DNA from: Acutalibacteraceae bacterium
GTDB lineage: Bacteria > Bacillota > Clostridia > Oscillospirales > Acutalibacteraceae
Direction of reading: 5' to 3'
Length of the DNA stretch: 39,283 bases
NCBI GenBank assembly: GCA_036298405.1
Contig: JAXJJE010000338.1
Span: 1-39,283 of the forward strand
Part shown: piece after piece, positions 1 to 8,915 of the stretch
How positions within the stretch are numbered: the first letter of the stretch is position 1
Layout: each line of letters starts with the position of its first letter
Notes under the pieces: generated by a model
Database searches by the model: none
The model's input: only the letters and a program-made list of their open reading frames with translations
Told to the model about the DNA's origin: nothing
Translations under genes and position numbers: made by a program

Positions 1-35
1 GTTTGATGAACTACTACGCCGCGCAGAACAAATAA
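1..35 (+). CDS. 3' end of upstream gene, possibly an aconitase-family hydratase (partial)
   Basis: Frame 3 reads LMNYYAAQNK-stop (TAA at 33-35). This resembles the C-terminal G-x-L-x-N-Y end of aconitase-type hydratases and lies directly before icd. Only 10 codons are visible. Confidence 0.3.
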   Translation, partial: LMNYYAAQNK

Positions 36-59
36 TGGTTTGACGGAAAGGATTTTATC

Positions 60-1277
60 ATGGAATTCAAGAAAATTCAAATGACAACGCCGCTGGTCGA
101 GATGGACGGCGACGAGATGACAAGAATCATCTGGAAGATGATTAAGGATATTCTTATTTACCCATATGTTGATTTAAAGGTTGATTACTACGATTTAGGT
201 CTTGAGCACAGAAACGAAACTAACGACCAGGTTACAATCGACAGTGCTGAGGCTACTAAAAAGTACGGTGTAGCTGTTAAATGTGCTACAATCACACCAA
301 ACGCTGCTCGTATGACAGAGTACAACCTAAAGGAGATGTGGAAATCTCCTAACGGTACTATCAGAGCTATGCTTGACGGTACAGTTTTCAGAAGCCCAAT
401 TATCGTTAATGGTATTACTCCATTTATCCCAACATGGAAAAAGCCAATCTGTATTGCTCGTCACGCCTATGGTGATGTTTACAAGAACTCAGAAATGGCT
501 GTTGAGGCTGGTTCTAAGGCTGAGCTATGCGTAACAAAGGCTGACGGTACAGAGGAGAGAAAGCTTATCCACAGCTTTGATTCTGACGGTATTATTCAGG
601 GTATTCACAACCTAGACAAGAGTATTGGCAGCTTTGCTCGTTCTTGCTTTAACTATGCACTTGACCAGAAGCAGGACATCTGGTTTGCTACTAAGGATAC
701 AATCAGCAAGACATACGACCACCGTTTTAAGGATATTTTCAACGAGATTTTTGAAACAGAGTACAAAGAGAAGTTTGCTGAGGCTGGCATTGAGTATTTC
801 TACACATTGATTGACGACGCAGTCGCAAGAGTTATCCGTAGCGACGGTGGCTACATCTGGGCTTGTAAGAACTATGACGGCGATGTAATGTCAGATATGA
901 TTGCAACAGCTTTTGGTAGCCTTGCTATGATGACATCTGTACTTGTTTCTCCAGACGGCGTTTATGAGTATGAGGCTGCACACGGAACAGTACAGCGTCA
1001 TTACTACAAGCACCTGAAGGGTGAGAAAACATCAACAAACAGCGTTGCTACTCTGTTTGCTTGGAGTGGTGCTCTAAGAAAAAGAGGCGAGCTAGACAAT
1101 AACACAGCTCTTTGCGACTTTGCTGACAAGCTAGAGAAGGCTACTATCTCAACTATTGAGGAAGGCGTAATGACAGGCGACCTTGAAATGCTTTCATCGC
1201 TACCAAACAAGCAGAAGGTAGACACAGAAACATTCCTTGTTGAGATTAACAAGAGATTAGAAAAGCTAATGGCTTAA
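60..1277 (+). CDS. icd: NADP-dependent isocitrate dehydrogenase
   Basis: Motifs [60 protein letters not shown] upstream. Confidence 0.97.
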   Translation: MEFKKIQMTTPLVEMDGDEMTRIIWKMIKDILIYPYVDLKVDYYDLGLEHRNETNDQVTIDSAEATKKYGVAVKCATITPNAARMTEYNLKEMWKSPNGTIRAMLDGTVFRSPIIVNGITPFIPTWKKPICIARHAYGDVYKNSEMAVEAGSKAELCVTKADGTEERKLIHSFDSDGIIQGIHNLDKSIGSFARSCFNYALDQKQDIWFATKDTISKTYDHRFKDIFNEIFETEYKEKFAEAGIEYFYTLIDDAVARVIRSDGGYIWACKNYDGDVMSDMIATAFGSLAMMTSVLVSPDGVYEYEAAHGTVQRHYYKHLKGEKTSTNSVATLFAWSGALRKRGELDNNTALCDFADKLEKATISTIEEGVMTGDLEMLSSLPNKQKVDTETFLVEINKRLEKLMA

Positions 1278-1290
1278 TATAAAAACGATT

Positions 1291-1333
1291 TAAAAACAGG
1301 CTATCTCACTATGTGTGTGATAGCCTGTTTTTT
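1291..1333. terminator. Bidirectional intrinsic terminator between icd and the LRR gene
   Basis: AAAAACAGGCTATC ... GATAGCCTGTTTTT inverted repeat with A/T tracts on both sides, between convergent genes. Confidence 0.85.
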
Positions 1334-1362
1334 AGAATAATTTAATTTGTAAAAATCAAAGA

Positions 1363-4300
1363 TTAAGCTGATTCAAGTATTATCCTTTGAATTAAAACAG
1401 CGTCAACCACTGTTAAATTACCGTCACCACTTACATCTGCAAGTGCAATTTGCTCCTCGGTTAATTCTGCGTTGCCAACTATATGTTTAAGCACATAAAC
1501 AACATCATCAACAGCAACCTCACCGTCATCGGTTACATCGCCAGCTATTTGCTCTTTGTAATTAAAATGTTTATTTGCTTTTTTTAGTGGATAGTTATAA
1601 CCGTTATAACCAGCTATTGATATGCTATTCCACTCACTTTCACTACCTGTGTAATACACATCACTAAGTTTATTAGAGCCATTAAATGCAGAATCCTTAA
1701 TAGCTTTTACACTGCTTGGAATTATTACACTGGTCAGATTATCACAATAAGAAAATACACTTTTTTCAATAGCCGTAACACCGTTATCAATTTTTACGCT
1801 GGTTAGATTATCACAATTACTAAATGCATAATTACTAATATTGGTAACACTTTCAGGAATTGCTATGCTGTTTATACTGCCATAAGCAAATGCCCAGCTA
1901 CCAATAGCTGTAACACTGTTTGGGATTTTTACGCTGATTAGATTTTTGCATCCATAAAAAGCTCTATCTCCAATATGTGTAACGCTATCAGGAATGGTAT
2001 AATTCTCTAACGATTTTGATGCAGGATAGATAAGTAATTCTGATTCTGCTTTGTTAAATAATACACCATCTATAGATGAGTAATTTTTATTATCTGATGA
2101 AACATCTATGCTGGTCAGACCATAACAATAATCAAATGCTTCGCTACCAATAGCTGTAAGACTTTCTGGGATAAATATGCTGTTTAAGCTTTTACAGCTA
2201 ATAAACGCTTCACTACCAATATTTGTAGCATTATCAGAAATTTTTATGTTGGTTAAGCCTTTACAATAAGCAAATGTTTTTTCACCGATAGTTATAACGC
2301 TGTTTGAAAGTGTTACACTAACCAGATTATCGCAGCTATAAAATGCTTCATTGCCAATCTCGGTAACACTATCAGGGATAGTATAACTATCCGACAATTT
2401 TCCCTCAGGATATTTAATTAATTTTGATTGCGATTTGTCGAATAACACACCATCTACTGAAGAGTAGCTTTTATTATCTGGTGAAACATCTATGTTTGTT
2501 AGACTATCGCACTTATAATATAAAGCATAAGAAATACTATTAACGCTGTCTGGAATTGTTATGCTTTTCAGACTATTGCAATTATAAAATATATTACCAT
2601 AAAGAGTAGTAACACCTTTTGGGATTGTTATACTAGTTAGGCTACCACAATTATAAAAGGCATAGCTTAGCAAATCTGTAACACTATCAGGCAGTGTTAC
2701 ACTGGTTAAATTATCGCAATCATAAAAGGCATAATTACCAATATTTGTAACACCGTCAGGAAGTGTTACACTGGTTAAATTATCGCAATTTTTAAAGGCA
2801 TCATTACTAATCCAGGTAACATCGTCTGGAACTGTATAATTATCCAACAATTTTCCAGCAGGATACCATTCCAAGGCCAATTCTCGTTCGCCGTTGTAAT
2901 CGAATTCTGCAAATAATACACCATCTATAGAAACATACCATGGACTATTTGATGAAATATTAGCAAGCTTATTACAATGTTCAAATATAGTCTTGATTTC
3001 GTCTAGTTGATTTTCTGGAATTGTTAGACTGGTTATATTATCACATCCTTGAAATGCACTCTCTCCAATAGCGACAGTATTACTCGGGAATATTAAGTTG
3101 CTCATACTATTGCAATTATAAAATGCATAACCATTAATGGTAGTAAGACTTTCAGGGAGCGTCACGTTGGTTAGACTACTACAATTACAAAATGCATTAT
3201 AGCCAATACTTTCAACACTGTCTGGTATTTTTATATTGTCCAAACTACTGCAATTAGCAAACGTATAATTACCAATACTACACAAAATTTCTGGAAGCCT
3301 TACATTTGTAAGACTAGTACAATTAGCAAATATCTCATCACCCAGATTCCACATGTTGCCATAGATTGCAACACTAGTCAGACTACTGCAATTAGCAAAT
3401 GCACTATAACCAATATACATAGTAGTTCTCGGAATTGTTATGTTATCTAGACTACTGCAATTATAAAACGCATAATCACCAATTATATTAACACTACTTG
3501 AGAGTGTCATATTGGTTAGACTTTTGCAATTATAAAATGCATAATATTCAATAGTATTAATACTGTTAGGGATTGTTATGCTAGTAAGACTTTCACAATA
3601 TGAAAATGTACTGTCTTTAATACAGGTGATGTTCGGTGATAATACTACTGTGGTTAAATTATCACAGCCAGCAAATGCGGCACTACCCATATAACTAACA
3701 CTGTCTGGAATTCTTACATTTATTATACTGTCACAAGCACCAAATGCCTCTGCTGCTATTTCTGTTACAGGAATACCATTTATAGAGCTTGGTATGTTTA
3801 CATCACTCATACTCTCATCAAAACCTGTAATTATGTACCCGGTACCATCATATGTAAGCTCATAGCTCCAGCTGTCATATTGGTCATATACGCAATCATA
3901 ATGTATAGTTGCATTTGTAAAAGCAGAGTTGTAGCTACCAACAGATATGCTGTCCCACTCACTCTTACTACCCTTGTAGTAAACATTTCTCAGATTGCTA
4001 CAGCTGTCGAATGCACCCTCATCTATAGCAGTAACACCCTTTGGAAGCATTACGCTGGTTAAGTTTTTACAATTTCTAAATGCATTATCAGCAATAGTTG
4101 TAACACTATCTGGAATATTATACCTCTTTAATACTTTTTTATCGGGGTAGAAAATTAACTCAGATTGTGTTTTGTTGAATAACACACCATCTATAGATGA
4201 AAAGTTTTCATTATTTGATGATACATTTACACTGGTTATATTACCACAGCTATAAAATGGTAGCTCTCCTATAGATGTAACGCTACGAGGAATTGTTACA

Positions 4301-5040
4301 CTGGTTAGATTTTTACAATAATTAACTGCATAATCACCTATGCTTGTAACGCTGTCAGGGAATGTCAGACTGGTTATACTGTCACAAAAATAGAATGCGG
4401 CTCTGCCAATAGTTGGAACACCATATGGAATTTTTACATCGGTTAGCTTGCTACAGTGAGAAAATACATAATCACCCATCTCTTTAACACCATATGGGAT
4501 TTTTATATTTGTTAGATTACTACAATTATAAAAAGCATAATCACCTATAGCTTCAACACCATTTGGAACAATATAGCTATTTGATGATTTTCCAGCAGGA
4601 TGGCAAAGTAATTCAGATTGTGTTTTATTAAATAACACACCATCTATAGATGAATAGTTTTTATTATCTGGAGAAACATTTATGTTGGCTATTTTTCGAC
4701 AATTCGAAAATGCATAACTATCAATAGCAATAACACTGTCAGGAATAGTTACTTCAGTTAAATAGTGGCAACTCCAGAATGCAGTATCACTTATTTCTAA
4801 AACTGGAACACCATCTATCGAGCTTGGTATTTCAATATCAAGCATACTTTCGTCATAGTCTGTAATTATGTAACCATCACCGTTGTCGTTTAACTTATAC
4901 GACCATTTACCATATTCGTCAGTATATGCAAGACCACTCTCTATTTTATCTGTTGTTATAGCTGACGCACTTAACGGAATTGAGGTTGTAACACCTGTAA
5001 GCATTGTAATTGTTAATAAAACTGAAAGTATTTTTTTCAC
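1363..5040 (-). CDS. Secreted BspA-type (TpLRR/LRR_5) leucine-rich-repeat protein with C-terminal dockerin
   Basis: Signal peptide MKKILSVLLTITML...ASA; dozens of LTSVTIPDSVTxIGxxAFxxC repeats; C-terminal duplicated Ca-binding dockerin segments GDVTDDGEVAVDD / ADVSGDGNLTVVDA; GTG start with GAGGTG/GAAAG upstream. Confidence 0.9.
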   Translation of the reverse strand: MKKILSVLLTITMLTGVTTSIPLSASAITTDKIESGLAYTDEYGKWSYKLNDNGDGYIITDYDESMLDIEIPSSIDGVPVLEISDTAFWSCHYLTEVTIPDSVIAIDSYAFSNCRKIANINVSPDNKNYSSIDGVLFNKTQSELLCHPAGKSSNSYIVPNGVEAIGDYAFYNCSNLTNIKIPYGVKEMGDYVFSHCSKLTDVKIPYGVPTIGRAAFYFCDSITSLTFPDSVTSIGDYAVNYCKNLTSVTIPRSVTSIGELPFYSCGNITSVNVSSNNENFSSIDGVLFNKTQSELIFYPDKKVLKRYNIPDSVTTIADNAFRNCKNLTSVMLPKGVTAIDEGAFDSCSNLRNVYYKGSKSEWDSISVGSYNSAFTNATIHYDCVYDQYDSWSYELTYDGTGYIITGFDESMSDVNIPSSINGIPVTEIAAEAFGACDSIINVRIPDSVSYMGSAAFAGCDNLTTVVLSPNITCIKDSTFSYCESLTSITIPNSINTIEYYAFYNCKSLTNMTLSSSVNIIGDYAFYNCSSLDNITIPRTTMYIGYSAFANCSSLTSVAIYGNMWNLGDEIFANCTSLTNVRLPEILCSIGNYTFANCSSLDNIKIPDSVESIGYNAFCNCSSLTNVTLPESLTTINGYAFYNCNSMSNLIFPSNTVAIGESAFQGCDNITSLTIPENQLDEIKTIFEHCNKLANISSNSPWYVSIDGVLFAEFDYNGERELALEWYPAGKLLDNYTVPDDVTWISNDAFKNCDNLTSVTLPDGVTNIGNYAFYDCDNLTSVTLPDSVTDLLSYAFYNCGSLTSITIPKGVTTLYGNIFYNCNSLKSITIPDSVNSISYALYYKCDSLTNIDVSPDNKSYSSVDGVLFDKSQSKLIKYPEGKLSDSYTIPDSVTEIGNEAFYSCDNLVSVTLSNSVITIGEKTFAYCKGLTNIKISDNATNIGSEAFISCKSLNSIFIPESLTAIGSEAFDYCYGLTSIDVSSDNKNYSSIDGVLFNKAESELLIYPASKSLENYTIPDSVTHIGDRAFYGCKNLISVKIPNSVTAIGSWAFAYGSINSIAIPESVTNISNYAFSNCDNLTSVKIDNGVTAIEKSVFSYCDNLTSVIIPSSVKAIKDSAFNGSNKLSDVYYTGSESEWNSISIAGYNGYNYPLKKANKHFNYKEQIAGDVTDDGEVAVDDVVYVLKHIVGNAELTEEQIALADVSGDGNLTVVDAVLIQRIILESA

Positions 5041-5131
5041 CTTTCTTCACCTCTGTTAATTATTTTTTATAAATTAGTTCAAAATCCATCACTGCATCGG
5101 TAACATCCCCAAATTTATTTTATTTAGGTAT

Positions 5132-5159
5132 ATTTTAACATATTTTTTATATTTGTCAA
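5132..5159 (-). promoter_or_regulatory. Sigma-A-type promoter of the LRR-dockerin gene
   Basis: Minus strand TTGACA-N16-TAAAAT with an extended -10 TG. Confidence 0.65.
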
Positions 5160-5205
5160 ATTTTGTTTATCAATATTGTTAATTTTAAATATTATATAAT
5201 AAAAC

Positions 5206-5249
5206 AATTTTCAACAAAAAACAGCATTATACTACACTTGTTGAAAATT
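5206..5249. promoter_or_regulatory. 12-bp perfect inverted repeat (operator-like) bracketing a minus-strand TATAAT
   Basis: AATTTTCAACAA (5206-5217) / TTGTTGAAAATT (5238-5249); the 20-bp spacer contains a minus-strand TATAAT with TTGTAA 18 bp upstream. Confidence 0.45.
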
Positions 5250-5311
5250 TTACAAAACCTGCAGTGAAAAAGTCTGGTTTTAATAGAATATATTTATTTG
5301 GCTGTAACTAA

Positions 5312-5355
5312 AAGCAGGCTGTTTTACCAACATAAAATAGTAAAACAGCCTGCTT
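5312..5355 (-). terminator. Intrinsic terminator after the sortase genes
   Basis: 16-bp inverted repeat AAGCAGGCTGTTTTAC / GTAAAACAGCCTGCTT followed by T residues on the minus strand. Confidence 0.8.
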
Positions 5356-5402
5356 AGTTGTATTAAATTGCAGTTAATACTAAACACCTATACAATCTAC
5401 AG

Positions 5403-6197
5403 TTACTCTGCTCTTTCGCAAATAACTAAATATCTGTCAAATCCACCTTGCTTATCCGAAATGCAGGTAACTAAGGTCAATAAATCTTCGCCATCCTTTA
5501 TATAAATATCAGATGATTCCTTTTCGTCTACAATTTTTGTTTCTGCTACTCTATAATTCAATTTACCCCAATAATTAGTAAATTCAATACTATCGCCTAT
5601 TTGCAGATAGCGAAGCTTATCAAAGTAAATTCTGCCTATATAGCCTGTATGACCTGCAATTACTGTGTTTGTGCTTTCTCCACCAGTAGGCAACGAGGTG
5701 TAGCTCATATGTGCCACACCATAGCTCATATTATAATCGCTTGCACCCAGATATACAGGCAGCTGCATATCTATTGATGGAGCAGAAACATAGCCGTAGA
5801 TATTTGTTATAACACCATAATCAAGCAGATTAAGTACAGGAGTCTGATATGTTTCGCTTGTAAGCAGTTGACTTTGATTTTCTTTAAGATTTTCATTATA
5901 GGCTATACTGTCTGCTTGCATTCTGCCACATTCAACCACAAAAACAAGTGGAAGATCAGAGGTTCTATTTCCGTTTTCATCTATAGGATAGCCCTCTTTG
6001 TCGATTTCTCCCTTTTCGAGTGCCTCTTCAAATGAACCTTCTGCAATATTACTAATCTGCTGGTCAAACTTTTCGATTTCGTTATTAGCTATAGCCTTAC
6101 CAACACTGTTAGAAATTGGAGGGAACAAGACTAACCCCAATCCAGTAACAAACATTATAGTAGCTATAGCCGTAAGTATTTTTAGTCCTAATTTCAT
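5403..6197 (-). CDS. Class C (pilus-type) sortase, second copy
   Basis: N-terminal TM; PTGGESTNTVIAGHTG (catalytic His), LTLVTC (Cys), DRYLV (Arg); no DPF lid and no C-terminal TM. Confidence 0.88.
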   Translation of the reverse strand: MKLGLKILTAIATIMFVTGLGLVLFPPISNSVGKAIANNEIEKFDQQISNIAEGSFEEALEKGEIDKEGYPIDENGNRTSDLPLVFVVECGRMQADSIAYNENLKENQSQLLTSETYQTPVLNLLDYGVITNIYGYVSAPSIDMQLPVYLGASDYNMSYGVAHMSYTSLPTGGESTNTVIAGHTGYIGRIYFDKLRYLQIGDSIEFTNYWGKLNYRVAETKIVDEKESSDIYIKDGEDLLTLVTCISDKQGGFDRYLVICERAE

Positions 6198-6203
6198 TTC
6201 TGG

Positions 6204-7112
6204 CTACACCTCCTTAGATGATGTTACCATACGCTTTTTACGTTCTTGCTTTTTTCGGTAGCTTACTATTGCTATAATTGTAATTATTACAACAATCAAT
6301 ACCACTGCACCTATAATACAGCCTGCTACCCAATAAGGTATTTTATAGCCTAATATATACATACAGCTTTTATCCATACTTATTGGTTTATAATCTGTAC
6401 TAAGCTCTTGTGGGGTATATTCTACTCTTTTACCACGCACTAATAAACGATGAGAGTTAATACCATAAGGTGTACAGGTTAAAAGAGTTACATAATCCTC
6501 ACCTGTTTTTATTCTTAGGTTTTCTGTCTCGGTTGGCCAGATAACAGTAATATCGTCAACCTCATATTTTAAGGTACGATTAAGCACATGAATGTAAAAC
6601 TCATCGCCAACCACTAAATCGGTTAAGTAATCAAAAAAGGATTTGCCAGGAAAGCCTGTGTGAGCCGAAATAACCGAATGTGTACTTTCTCCACCAATTG
6701 GGAACGATGTATTTTGCAGGTGACCTGCACCCTGCTGTAGCACCTCTTCGCTTGTACCATGGTTTATTGGCAGATAAACATTGATTTTAGGAATTTCAAC
6801 ATAGCCAATCAAGCCTTTTCCATTTACATCTATAACAGTTTCGTAGCCTGCACCAATCAGGTCATATGCTTCTTTGTCAAATGGGTCGGTTAGTATTACA
6901 TTACCAGTTAAGCTTTCGTTATAGCTTTGAGCATCTGCAAAGTGCTTTGTAATTGTATCGTTCTCCATTTGCTTAATATCTGCTACATAGTTAGTCATAG
7001 AATCTCTGTAGTCCATATTATTTACAAATGAGCTTATCATAGGATAAGCCATAACACCTACACCGGCAAGAAATATTAAAATAACACCAAATATAGCTAA
7101 TTTTCTATTCAT
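6204..7112 (-). CDS. srtC: Class C pilin-polymerising sortase
   Basis: Lid LTDPFD, FPIGGESTHSVISAHTG, VTLLTCTPYGINSHRLLVRG, C-terminal TM and basic tail. ATG at 7112 (AGGAAA RBS) preferred over TTG at 7130. Confidence 0.93.
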   Translation of the reverse strand: MNRKLAIFGVILIFLAGVGVMAYPMISSFVNNMDYRDSMTNYVADIKQMENDTITKHFADAQSYNESLTGNVILTDPFDKEAYDLIGAGYETVIDVNGKGLIGYVEIPKINVYLPINHGTSEEVLQQGAGHLQNTSFPIGGESTHSVISAHTGFPGKSFFDYLTDLVVGDEFYIHVLNRTLKYEVDDITVIWPTETENLRIKTGEDYVTLLTCTPYGINSHRLLVRGKRVEYTPQELSTDYKPISMDKSCMYILGYKIPYWVAGCIIGAVVLIVVIITIIAIVSYRKKQERKKRMVTSSKEV

Positions 7113-7213
7113 ATTTTTATTTCCTATCAATCTTATTATAGTATATGCTTTTACATATATTTATACATTGCAAGCAAATTGCAAAGCATAAATATGTGTA
7201 AACCTCAATTTGC

Positions 7214-7246
7214 AAAAGGGAATGCAGAGCAACTGCATTCCCTTTT
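7214..7246 (-). terminator. Intrinsic terminator between the backbone pilin and sortase genes
   Basis: AAAAGGGAATGCAG / CTGCATTCCCTTTT perfect inverted repeat. Confidence 0.85.
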
Positions 7247-7287
7247 AAACTTTTCTGCTTTAAATAATCTATTATCTTAGATATTGA

Positions 7288-8874
7288 TTACTTTGTAGCA
7301 CTCTTCTTTCTCATTACAACAAAGAATAGAACACCTGCAAGAGCGATTAGTGAAGCACCTGCAATAGTGAACATAATTGTACCTGCACCACCTGTTGCTG
7401 GTAGAATGATTGGTGTGTTGCCACACTCAGCTGTGTAGTAGCCTGTGTTTGTTGTTGTAATAGTTGTTGAGCTTACTGAAGCGTTAACATCTACAGCGAT
7501 TGGATTTGTATTTAGTGTGTAACCAGCTGGAGCCTCAAGCTCTTTGATTGTATACTTAGCTGGCTTAACATTGTACACATTTTCAGTCTTATTGCCGTCA
7601 GCGTCTATTACATAGAATGTATCGTTACCCTTATCTGTAGAAACAGCCTTAGCTACTAGTTCGCCCTTAGCATTGTATAGACCAAATGTAGCACCTGCAA
7701 GGAACTTCTTATCTTTATCGTTAGCGTCATACTTAGATGCGTCATACTTAGAAACCTGAACGCCTAGTGTGTAAACCTTAACAGTAGTACCTGTTACCTC
7801 TGTAAAGTTGCCACTGTTGTTCTGATATAGAAGGTAGTCTGTGTTGTTCTCTGCACTCTTTATTTTGATATTCTCGTTGATTGTAGCGTTGTACTGTACA
7901 ACTACTGCATCATAATCATAGAAAGAAATACCATTGTACTCTGCATTGCTAGCAAAAACTGTATCCTTTAGCTCGATAGCGAATGTGTACTTGTTAGCGT
8001 TATTGTTATATGAAGCGTTTGGTACATATGTAAACTGACTAGCATTTAGTGCGTAATCAGCAGCATTAGCTTTTACAAGCTTAACTACAGGTGTCTGGCC
8101 TGCTACATATGTTAGACCTGGATCCATCATATCACCGATAACATATTTCTTTAGAGGCTGCTCTTTTGAACCAACTACAGAAGCCTGTAGCTCGAATGTT
8201 ACTGGAGTTGTTTCGTCTGTGATAGCTGCATCTTTGTTTGTTGATGTTGTATAGTTGCTTGATGGAACGATTGTCTTGCTTACCTCTACTGTATCTGAAG
8301 CAGCCTTTATCTCAAGACTGTAAACAGGCTCTCTGTTCCATAGAGTGCTTAGATCGTTTTTATCATAGTTAAAGTTGTACTCTGGTAGAGTAACGATAGA
8401 ACCCTGATTTCTTGTTACATTCTGAGGTGTATCACCATTTAGAGCAAAGATATAATAGATACCATCGCCTAGTCCCTCAAATGTCATTGAGTGTTGTTCT
8501 GCTGAAACAGCAAATGTATTGATAACGCCACCTAGTAGATTTGTCTGCTGTTCCTTTGTCTTGTCCTGAAGCTTATCATCAATTACGTCTGCAAGTACAG
8601 CTGATTTTTGCTCTATCTCTGCCTGTGTGCTCTTTACCTCAGAAAGAGTTGATTTAACCTGTGTAGCAATGTCGGCATCTAGCTTATCATTAACCTTAAA
8701 ATCACCTGTTGTTGTGTTCAGGTCTGCTAGCTTAAAAATTGAGAATGTGAAGCCATCCTTAGTTGACTCCAAAGTCATTTTGTTTGTAGCTGTTGCACTA
8801 GCTGAAACTGAGAATGACATACATACCATGATTACAGCTAGTAAAACAGATAAAATTCTTACTGTTTTTTTCAT
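7288..8874 (-). CDS. Sortase-assembled pilus backbone (major) pilin
   Basis: Signal peptide, CnaB/D2-type domains, E-box YTIKELEAPAGY, LPATGG sorting signal with TM and RKK tail; lies next to class C sortases. Confidence 0.88.
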   Translation of the reverse strand: MKKTVRILSVLLAVIMVCMSFSVSASATATNKMTLESTKDGFTFSIFKLADLNTTTGDFKVNDKLDADIATQVKSTLSEVKSTQAEIEQKSAVLADVIDDKLQDKTKEQQTNLLGGVINTFAVSAEQHSMTFEGLGDGIYYIFALNGDTPQNVTRNQGSIVTLPEYNFNYDKNDLSTLWNREPVYSLEIKAASDTVEVSKTIVPSSNYTTSTNKDAAITDETTPVTFELQASVVGSKEQPLKKYVIGDMMDPGLTYVAGQTPVVKLVKANAADYALNASQFTYVPNASYNNNANKYTFAIELKDTVFASNAEYNGISFYDYDAVVVQYNATINENIKIKSAENNTDYLLYQNNSGNFTEVTGTTVKVYTLGVQVSKYDASKYDANDKDKKFLAGATFGLYNAKGELVAKAVSTDKGNDTFYVIDADGNKTENVYNVKPAKYTIKELEAPAGYTLNTNPIAVDVNASVSSTTITTTNTGYYTAECGNTPIILPATGGAGTIMFTIAGASLIALAGVLFFVVMRKKSATK

Positions 8875-8915
8875 AAGTTTTCTCCTTTAGTAATATTAAT
8901 ATTAAACGCATTTAC

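Noticed and set aside
1560..4950. Periodic nucleotide repeats suggesting a CRISPR array or DGR template
   Set aside because: They are degenerate in-frame LRR coding repeats; no constant repeat-spacer pattern, cas gene or reverse transcriptase.
5206..5249. Invertible (phase-variable) promoter
   Set aside because: The 20-bp spacer is too short for recombinase inversion and there is no recombinase in the window; retained only as an operator candidate.
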